A stretch of 8,817 nt of DNA from Octopus sinensis (lineage: Eukaryota): positions 1 through 8,817 of the forward strand of contig NW_021828286.1 of NCBI RefSeq assembly GCF_006345805.1. Reading direction: 5' to 3'. The position numbers and the translations under genes are program-made. Under the pieces are notes generated by a model. It was not told where the DNA came from, did not search any database, and saw only the letters and a list, made by a program, of their open reading frames with translations. Positions 1 to 6,870 of the stretch are shown here, in pieces; within the stretch, counting starts at the first letter, position 1, and every line of letters starts with the position of its first letter.

Positions 1-267
1 TCTGCTTAAATATTTCGATGTGGCTATTAGTTTGCAAGATTTTGGAGCGAACTTACGCGTTGGAACAGATGTTTTTATATCTCGCGGGGTAGGATCATTA
101 TGGAATCTTTAAACACATACAGAACGAAAGAACTTTGAAAAACCAAGCTGGTTACTTGATTGGCCGAGCGATGAATAAAAGTAAGATAACGATCCCTATG
201 ATGATATATATTTTCACAGAAGAAGACTGTAACATTCGTGTCCAACTATTACACGAAGTCAAAGCAA

Positions 268-466
268 GGTGACACTAACACACACATGCATAGACACATA
301 GATACACAACAAGCATCATTCAGTTTCCATCGACCAAATCTACTCACAAGGCTTTGGTCGGCCCAGAAGTAGAGTAGAAGTAGAAGACACTTGCTCAACA
401 TACCATGCAGTGAGGTTGTACTCAGAACCAAGTGGCTGGAAACTTCTTTTCGCATAGGCACACCTG
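268..466 (-). mobile_element. Degenerate tRNA-derived SINE, family A (CORE-like), 5' module ending in an internal CA/TA-rich tract
   Basis: 303-430 aligns with 5120-5238 (cagtttcc..accaaatc.actcacaaggc.ttggtcggccc....agaagacacttgc). The Pol III boxes are eroded. Confidence 0.8.
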
Positions 467-520
467 TCATTCAACTGTGGCCATGCTGGGATATCTCATT
501 GTGAACAAATCCACTCCGTC
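467..520 (-). mobile_element. 3'-terminal ~55 nt of a family A SINE
   Basis: tcattcaactgtggccatgctgg matches tcatttgactgcggccatgctgg at 4908-4930. The adjacent bases align loosely with the GTCGA hairpin region of that copy. Confidence 0.65.
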
Positions 521-735
521 GTGTTAGAATCCGACGATCACTATCTGAAAGTTTTGGTTTTCGTGCGGAGTTTTGTATCACTGAGAAGGGTTTCCCCCAC
601 TTTCTCAAAGGCTGTCATTACTTTCGAGACGTTACTTCTTGATACCTCAAACATTTCGGCTGTTTTCGTTACCATAGCGCCTGCCATACAAACACCAACA
701 ATTTGACCTCTTTGAAAGACCGATGGATCTCTTAT
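519..735 (-). pseudogene. Tc1-like transposase N-terminal paired-type HTH region, disrupted
   Basis: Translates as (ATA)RDPSVFQRGQIVGVCMAGAMVTKTAEMFEVSRSNVSKVMTAFEKVGET, then a +1 frameshift near 575-595, then QNSARKPKLSDSDRRILTR. FQRGQIVG, the HTH spacing and the (G)RKPKLS linker are typical of Tc1 transposases. The expected ATG reads ATA (733-735). This frame is absent from the ORF track. Confidence 0.85.
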
Positions 736-919
736 TTTAGTTAATTTTAATAACCTTTTTCTGATGATATCTGAAAAGAAACATCAGCTTTAGCAAACAT
801 ATTAAGTAACACTAATAATAAAAAAAAAACAGAAATAAACATGGATTTGACGGTTTTACAGATAATTCAAATGTATGATGCGATGTGATAGGTGTTTTCA
901 TTATTTTGGTGCAACCCTG
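519..919 (-). mobile_element. Tc1/mariner DNA transposon, 5' fragment (TIR, leader, N-terminal transposase)
   Basis: The minus strand starts TA|CAGGGTTGCACCAAAATAATGAAAACACC (TA at 920-921; CAG-type TIR start) and is followed by a Tc1-like HTH coding segment. No second TIR or DDE domain was found in the window. Confidence 0.85.
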
Positions 920-976
920 TATATACATATATATATATATATATATATAATATATATATATATATATACATATATA
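920..976. repeat. (TA)n microsatellite, imperfect
   Basis: Directly visible; abuts the Tc1 TIR. Confidence 0.95.
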
Positions 977-1161
977 GCGGTTATTGTTATATTACTTTCG
1001 GTATTTGATATGCTTTTAAAATTATATTATGAAATATTTTAAGTACCTCGTACCAAATTTTATTGTAACGAAAAATGGGCATTACGATAGGTACCAATAT
1101 GTGGTTTATGAATATATTTCAACACTGCACAGACTGGGCCGAAGGCCGGGAGGCCTGCTAG
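977..1161 (+). mobile_element. Probable Helitron 3' terminal fragment
   Basis: GC hairpin GGCC-GAA-GGCC (1137-1147), a 10-nt spacer, then CTAG (1158-1161) followed by T. This is the canonical Helitron 3' signature. No 5' TC terminus was identified, so the left boundary is approximate. Confidence 0.6.
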
Positions 1162-1177
1162 TGTATATATACATATA

Positions 1178-1376
1178 AGGTTAATCCAAACGAGAAAACG
1201 GAAAAAACAACAACACAAGGAGGCGGAACAATTAAAGTATTATTATTAGGCGCTCAGGAAAAGTGGAAGAAGGAGGGTATGACGTTTCGAGCGGAGCTCT
1301 TCGTCGGAAAACATAAGAGAAAGAAAGATCCCGGGCGGGCGAACGGAGGAAAAAAAAACGCGACTGGTTTTTACGA
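1178..1376 (-). mobile_element. Penelope-like terminal-repeat-type element, copy 1 (contains hammerhead-like motif)
   Basis: Shares acaatt..gtatta..ggcgctcaggaa and acgtttcgagc..gctcttc..c.gaaa with 2034-2270. Boundaries are approximate. Confidence 0.6.
1276..1312 (-). ncRNA. Minimal type I hammerhead-ribozyme-like motif (U4C core variant)
   Basis: Minus strand CCGACGA-A-GAGC-UCC-GCUC-GAAA-CGUC/A: core, stem II, GAAA, palindromic ACGU stem III and a GUC cleavage triplet. Stem I is weak. Confidence 0.6.
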
Positions 1377-1389
1377 TATACATAATATA

Positions 1390-1422
<33 letters not shown>

Positions 1423-1480
1423 ATATATATATTATATATCTATATATATATATATATACATATATACATATATATACATA
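1377..1480. repeat. (TA)n microsatellite, imperfect
   Basis: Directly visible. Confidence 0.95.
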
Positions 1481-1511
1481 CCACCGCACACACGCACATC
1501 TACTCACACAC

Positions 1512-1675
1512 GTATGACGCGATTCTTTTCAGTCTCCGACCAACAAATCGACTCGAAGAGCTTTGATCGGCCAGAGATTACAGCAGAAGACACACACCCA
1601 TGGTGGCCCGCAGTGGGATTGAACCAGGAACCATGTAAATGGGAAGGGAAGCAACTTCATGGGCTGCAGCCACGC
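1512..1675 (-). mobile_element. Family A SINE, 5' module with tRNA-like head
   Basis: The minus strand has B-box GGTTCAATCCC (reverse complement of gggattgaacc, 1615-1625) and a decayed A-box (TGGCTGCAGCC). The body aligns with 5120-5238 and 303-430. Confidence 0.85.
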
Positions 1676-1828
1676 ATGCAGCTGTTGATGGCGTGCTTTC
1701 ATGTAAGGCCACTCGCTTTAGATCATACAGATGTTTAAATAGATTATTAATTGTATCACGAAACGAAACTATTCGTAATAGTGTGTTCATCGCACGAGCA
1801 CTATACCAACATATGCACATCTTGTGTG

Positions 1829-1840
1829 TATATATGCGTG

Positions 1841-1878
<38 letters not shown>

Positions 1879-1971
1879 ATATATATATAATATATATTAT
1901 AAGTATATATATAATATATATATATATATATAAGTTATATATATATATATACGTATATATATATATTATTA

Positions 1972-2023
<52 letters not shown>

Positions 2024-2033
2024 TATATATAAT
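1829..2033. repeat. Long imperfect (TA)n microsatellite
   Basis: Directly visible, with TAA/ATT phase shifts. Confidence 0.95.
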
Positions 2034-2044
2034 AGCGGAAGCTT

Positions 2045-2104
2045 TATGAAAGTAGACAAAAAACGAAGGCAGGTTATGGAAATAAACAAAAGACGAAGGC
2101 AGGT
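2045..2104. repeat. 30-bp tandem duplication
   Basis: tatgaaagtagacaaaaaacgaaggcaggt / tatggaaataaacaaaagacgaaggcaggt, 26/30 identical. Confidence 0.9.
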
Positions 2105-2160
2105 GGAATACAAACAAACAATTGTATTAGTATGGCGCTCAGGAACATAAATAAAACAAG

Positions 2161-2198
2161 TCTTTCACGTTTCGAGCCTACGCTCTTCAGCAGAAAGA
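2161..2198 (-). ncRNA. Minimal type I hammerhead-ribozyme-like motif (A6C core variant, GUG triplet)
   Basis: Minus strand UCUUU-CUGCUGA-A-GAGC-GUAG-GCUC-GAAA-CGUG-AAAGA. A perfect 5-bp stem I closes exactly around the core; 4-bp stem II; ACGU palindrome. Confidence 0.65.
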
Positions 2199-2424
2199 TA
2201 CACAGAAAAGAAACACGGAGAGAAACATGGAGAGAAAAAAATGCGTGCAGAAGCTAGCGAATCAACATGATATAAATGTATATTTATATGTATATGTATT
2301 GCATATATCTGTGTGTATAAGTGTGATGTATTTGTGTGGGTGTGTAGTGAGAAAAGCAGGTGATCGCAAATGTTATTAGTGTGCGAGAAATGGAGTGAAA
2401 AACATAAACGATTTTCATATTCGT

Positions 2425-2633
2425 AACCAATTTCAGCACAAGGCCAGCAATTTCGAGATAGAGAATTAATCGATTATATTACATCCTTCCTGTGCTCAAC
2501 AGTTTCATATTTTATCGAAGAGACGAAAGGTAAGTGTGACTTCAGCGGAATTTGATCTCAGCACATAGACACAGACAAAATACTGCCACGAATTTCACCC
2601 ATGGTGCTAATGATTTTACCAGCTGGCTGACTT
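2425..2633 (-). mobile_element. Old, degenerate family B SINE
   Basis: The reverse complement aligns ungapped to 2660-2771 at about 80/112 identity (hand count). The tail aattgctggccttgtgc resembles aattacaggccttgttc near 3012-3028. Confidence 0.8.
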
Positions 2634-2660
2634 AAGTTTCCATAATATTATGCAGAGTAA

Positions 2661-2888
2661 AGGCGGTGAGCTAGCAGAAGCGCTAACACGCCGGGAGAAA
2701 TGCTTAGCGGTATTTCGTCTGCCGCTACGTTCTGAGTTCAAATTCCGCCGAGGTCAACTTTGCCTTTCGTCCATTTGGGGTCAATAAATTAAGTATCAGT
2801 TACGCACTGGGGTCGATATAATCGACTTAATCCGTTTGTCTGTCCTTGTTTGTCCCCTCTGTCCCCTTGTGGGTAATAAAGAAATAGG
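2661..2888 (+). mobile_element. Family B tRNA-derived SINE, near full length
   Basis: A-box-like TAGCAGAAGCG, B-box-like GAGTTCAAATTCC, central gcctttc.tcc....ggggtc.ataa domain. Nearly identical to the reverse complement of 6248-6478 apart from a 6-nt deletion (gtttag). Confidence 0.9.
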
Positions 2889-3046
2889 CATTTCGTCTGT
2901 CTTTACGTTCCGAGTTCAAATTCCTTCTAGGTCGACTTTGCCTTTCATGCTTTCGGGTTCGATACTAGTTGCGTACTGGGATCAATGTAATCGACTGCCC
3001 CCCTCCCCAAAAATTACAGGCCTTGTTCCTAGAGTAGAAAAAATAT
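2889..3046 (+). mobile_element. 5'-truncated family B SINE with a different 3' tail, fused to the preceding copy
   Basis: catttcgtctgtctttacgttccgagttcaaattcc..ggtcgactttgcctttcat repeats 2712-2770. The tail cccctccccaaaaattacaggccttgttcc differs from the first unit. Confidence 0.85.
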
Positions 3047-3063
3047 TATGCAAAGGAAAGGCC

Positions 3064-3182
3064 GACAGATAGACAGATAGATAGATGGATAGATAGATAA
3101 AGAGAGACAGACAGACAGACAGACAAATAGACAAACCGATAGACAGAAAGTCAGACAGACAGATAGCTAGCTAGCTAGCTAG

Positions 3183-3280
<98 letters not shown>

Positions 3281-3302
3281 CAGGACAGACAGATAGATAG
3301 AG

Positions 3303-3335
<33 letters not shown>

Positions 3336-3337
3336 CT

Positions 3338-3373
<36 letters not shown>

Positions 3374-3397
3374 TAGAGACAGATAGATAGATAGATC

Positions 3398-3450
<53 letters not shown>
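3064..3450 (+). repeat. (GATA)n/(GACA)n compound tetranucleotide array with a (CTAG)n block
   Basis: Directly visible. Confidence 0.95.
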
Positions 3451-3452
<2 letters not shown>

Positions 3453-3469
3453 GCTAGAGGCAAACATTT

Positions 3470-3700
3470 TGAAAGAAAGACAAAACAATGGAAAAAATGG
3501 AAGAAAAGCAAGCGACGGACAATGATAAAGTGACTCCGAGGGAGAATGCGAAAGAGAGAGTGAGAGAGGGGAGAGAAAAGATGGGAGGAGGACAGAGGTG
3601 GGATGGAGCAGGAGTGTAAGAAAGAACACGAGATAAATCGTTAAACAGAAACACAGAGAGAGAGATACACAGACCGACAGGCAGGCAGACAATCAGACGG
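3470..3700 (+). repeat. Purine-rich (GA) low-complexity tract
   Basis: Strongly A/G-biased, with degenerate GA and GACA repeats. Confidence 0.7.
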
Positions 3701-4324
3701 ACAAACAGCCATCAGAGAGCGAAACACTCGATTCCGTGTCAAAGACAGAAAGCGACTGTGACAACGAGTAGGAGCGAAAATTAACGAGAATCAACGAGAG
3801 CGAGTCAAAGCGTTCTTGCTATCCTTTAACTAACTGACACGAGATCTTGACAACAACACAAATAAATTCCATCTAATTACTCTCAAATTGAAACACTCTC
3901 TCATTAAGGACCAACATTAAACTTCGTTTAAATGGCTGAATTGTTATTTAGTAATGCATTCTTAACACTTTTCTCATGGACGCCGTCAATCTAATACGCT
4001 CGGCTTTTCGTTTCAATCCTTCTCGGCCTTTTGGTTCTTTCGCCGCTATTATTTGCCTATTTCTCTTTGTATCTCATTAATGGCCCTAACTTATTCGAAG
4101 TTCGTTTAATTCCTTCTCAGTACACGCCTACATTTACCTAACAATCTAACTGCCGGTCTACCTACCAACCCAACCACCTAAATAACTAACTATCGCACCA
4201 AGTAACGGTCTAAATAAACTAACGACCTAACAACAGACCGTTTCGCGTACATCATATCTATCATTCTATCTTTCTAACTACACAACTATATATCAGTCTT
4301 TCCATCTTTCTGTCAATCAAACAG

Positions 4325-4355
4325 TCTATCTATCTATCTACCTATCTATCTATCC

Positions 4356-4439
<84 letters not shown>

Positions 4440-4449
4440 CTATCGTCAC

Positions 4450-4520
<71 letters not shown>

Positions 4521-4575
4521 GTTTATCTATCTATCTAGCTCGTTAGGTATCTATCTTTCTGTCTATCTATCTATA
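4325..4575 (-). repeat. (TATC)n array, i.e. (GATA)n in the opposite orientation
   Basis: Directly visible. Confidence 0.95.
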
Positions 4576-4783
4576 AATCTTTCTATACGTATTTGCGTAT
4601 ATTAATTTATATTTGTGTATATGTGTGTGTGTATAGATACAAAGGTACATAGACTTATTAATAAGTATATGTGTACATTTTATATATAAATGTACAGATA
4701 TGTACTTATTTGTGTATATATACATTAATGTATATACATATGCATATACACGTATATGTGTGCATGTATATAAATATATATAC

Positions 4784-4817
4784 ATACATAAACTGTATTC
4801 ATACATAAACTGTATTC
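4784..4817. repeat. Perfect 17-bp tandem duplication within a TA/CA low-complexity tract
   Basis: atacataaactgtattc x2. Confidence 0.9.
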
Positions 4818-4879
4818 ATACATACATACTTACATACACATACATGTATGTATGTAATATGAATAAATGAATTGTATAT

Positions 4880-5238
4880 ACTCTTTACTCTCTTTTACAT
4901 GTTTCAGTCATTTGACTGCGGCCATGCTGGAGCACCGCCTTTAGTCGAGCAACTCGACCCCGGGACTTATTCTTTGTAAGCCCAGTACTTATTCTATCGG
5001 TCTCTTTTGCCGAACCGCTAAGTGACGGGGGACGTAGACACACAGCATCGGTTGTCAAGCAATGCTAGGGGGACAAACACAGACACACAAACACATAACA
5101 CATACATATATATACATATATACGACAGGCTTCTTTCAGTTTCTGTCTACCAAATCCACTCACAAGGCATTGGTCGGCCCGGGCTATAGCAGAAGACACT
5201 TGCCAAGATGGCCACGCAGTGCGACTGAACCCGGAACA
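4880..5238 (-). mobile_element. Family A SINE, near full length, A-box end lost to (TA)n
   Basis: Minus strand: B-box-like GGTTCAGTC, CORE-like TCTTGGCAAGTGTCTT, internal (TA/TG) tract, GTCGAG-TTG-CTCGAC hairpin and a short-repeat tail (gtaaaagagagtaaagagt). Confidence 0.9.
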
Positions 5239-5241
5239 TAT

Positions 5242-5272
<31 letters not shown>

Positions 5273-5275
5273 GCA

Positions 5276-5320
<45 letters not shown>
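5239..5320. repeat. (TA)n(TG)n(TA)n compound microsatellite
   Basis: Directly visible. Confidence 0.95.
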
Positions 5321-5323
<3 letters not shown>

Positions 5324-5512
5324 TAGAAATATATCTTCGCGGTGAACAGGTCAAAATTGATTTCGGATTCTGTTTGCTGATCAGATTCGTTAGTCTGTCT
5401 GCCGTAAAATTATCGTCAAAACATGGGAACATCTTTTCTTTGGAAAAATAAATTTTACACACTTACTGTGTGTATTATATGATTTTCAGTTAATACTTCT
5501 ATGCTCATTACA

Positions 5513-5519
5513 TAATATA

Positions 5520-5608
<89 letters not shown>

Positions 5609-5703
5609 GTGTGTGTGTGTGTGTGGGTATATATAATATATATTATATAGGTATATATATATGTATATATATACATATATATATATGTACATATATGCAT
5701 ATA
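5513..5703. repeat. (CA)n/(TA)n/(TG)n compound microsatellite
   Basis: Directly visible. Confidence 0.95.
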
Positions 5704-5740
5704 TAAAATAGTGTACATTTAAACACAAGAGAAACACAAG

Positions 5741-5872
5741 TGCTTGTTTGCTACGGGCTACATATTTGGCATGTAGAGGTTTTTGTTCCTACCTATCAGC
5801 CAATTGTTCAAATTCATTTTGCTTGGCTATTGATTTCACTTTCTTTGCAACCACAGTTGCTACACTTTCCTC
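5741..5872 (-). pseudogene. Remnant of a non-LTR retrotransposon ORF, R4/Dong-like (post-RT region)
   Basis: Translates EESVATVVAKKVKSIAKQNEFEQLADR*EQKPLHAKYVARSKQA. Reading TAG (5789-5791) as a mutated TGG gives W-x-x-K-x-L-H-(G)-x-Y, a motif I recall from R4/Dong-clade proteins. Confidence 0.6.
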
Positions 5873-6130
5873 ATGTGTCGACCATAATACCCAGGCCAAA
5901 CACATATGTATGAGTGTATTTGTGCATGTGTATAGTTTAGGTTAGTTAAAACATGTTTGCAATAATAAATTTAGCGTGGTGGAACTAAACACATTTATCA
6001 AAATTTCATTCATAAATCTATTTATTATTTCGTTCTTTTACATTTAAATTTGTACATTTGTACTCTTGATTATTTACAAGCACATATGTAAAACGACGTC
6101 CTTTACTTTTTAATCATTAACTGCTGATAT

Positions 6131-6186
6131 AGGAGGGACAGAGAGGGAGCGAGAGAGAGGAGAGAGGGAGAGAAAGAGAGAGAGGA
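6131..6186 (+). repeat. (GA)n imperfect microsatellite
   Basis: Directly visible. Confidence 0.9.
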
Positions 6187-6247
6187 GTGATTGGTGACTA
6201 AAGGAAAGTGGTACTTGTTTTGTGTTTTCAACCCGAGCAAATATTAG

Positions 6248-6478
6248 ATACCTATTTCTTTACTACCCACAAGGGGCTAAACACAGAGGGGACAAGCAAG
6301 GACAGACAAACGGATTAAGCCGATTATATCGACCCCAGTGCGTACCTGGTATTTAATTTATCGACTCTGAAAGGATGAAAGGCAAAGTCGACCTCGGCGG
6401 ATTTTGAACTCAGAACGCACTGGCGGACGAAATACCACAAAGCATTTCGCCCGGCGTGCTAACGTTTCTGCCAGCTCG
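6248..6478 (-). mobile_element. Family B SINE, near full length
   Basis: The reverse complement matches 2667-2888, including A-box-like TGGCAGAAACG and B-box-like GAGTTCAAAATCC. Confidence 0.9.
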
Positions 6479-6870
6479 GATACCGTGTCCTAAACAAAAC
6501 CAGTCTAATACATTCGTAAATGTTTTTCAATTGAAACACTGAATCCTTTTGGACATTTATTGTTTTAATAGCAAGTGATAAACTGAGAAAGAAAGAGAGA
6601 GAGTGAGAGAGAGAAGGAGCTTTATGACACAGCTAAAATAATTCCAGTCAATTTCTTTATTAACCATGAGGTTGAGAAAAAGAAAGGACGATACGAGGAC
6701 AGACAAAACAATCCAGTCAGTGGCAAACCAACAGGTAGGAAGAGAGAGAGAGAGAGTGTGTGTGTGGTGAAAACTTCATTGTGGACTATCTGTCTCTTAC
6801 TGTCTGTCTCTCTAGGTATGTGTTTGTGTACGTGTATGCAAGTATGTATATATTTGTATATATACACATA

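Larger units (their letters stand above)
2034..2270 (-). mobile_element. Penelope-like terminal-repeat-type element, copy 2 (contains hammerhead-like motif)
   Basis: Homologous blocks to 1178-1376 in the same orientation and spacing. Boundaries are approximate. Confidence 0.6.

Noticed and set aside
72-163. Minus-strand CCAAT (159-163) and TATAAAA (73-79) promoter-like pair
   Set aside because: Short motifs are common in AT-rich DNA and no downstream gene is visible in the window.
761-787. Plus-strand CTGATGA...GAAACATC resembling a hammerhead
   Set aside because: No stem II, no palindromic or pairable stem III, and no stem I. It lies in the Tc1 leader and is likely chance.
973-982. TAGCGG following (TA)n at both ~976 and ~2033
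   Set aside because: Only 6-7 nt are shared and the downstream sequences are unrelated.
1232-2150. Track ORFs rich in Y/I/C/V (e.g. 1232-1507, 1787-2113, 1824-2150)
   Set aside because: These are translations of (TA)n and (TG)n arrays, which lack stop codons. There is no protein signal.
2661-3046. CRISPR-like or regular repeat array from recurring SINE words
   Set aside because: Eukaryotic context, and there are no constant-length repeats with unique spacers. Explained as a SINE dimer.
3179-3692. Minus-strand ORFs with LSIY repeats
   Set aside because: Translation of the (TATC)n strand of the array.
5461-5466. Minus-strand GTAAGT splice donor
   Set aside because: No plausible upstream acceptor or polypyrimidine tract; it is flanked by microsatellite.
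5062-5718. ORFs 5062-5451, 5241-5462 and 5455-5718
   Set aside because: They span SINE and microsatellite sequence, and the unique parts match no family I recognise.
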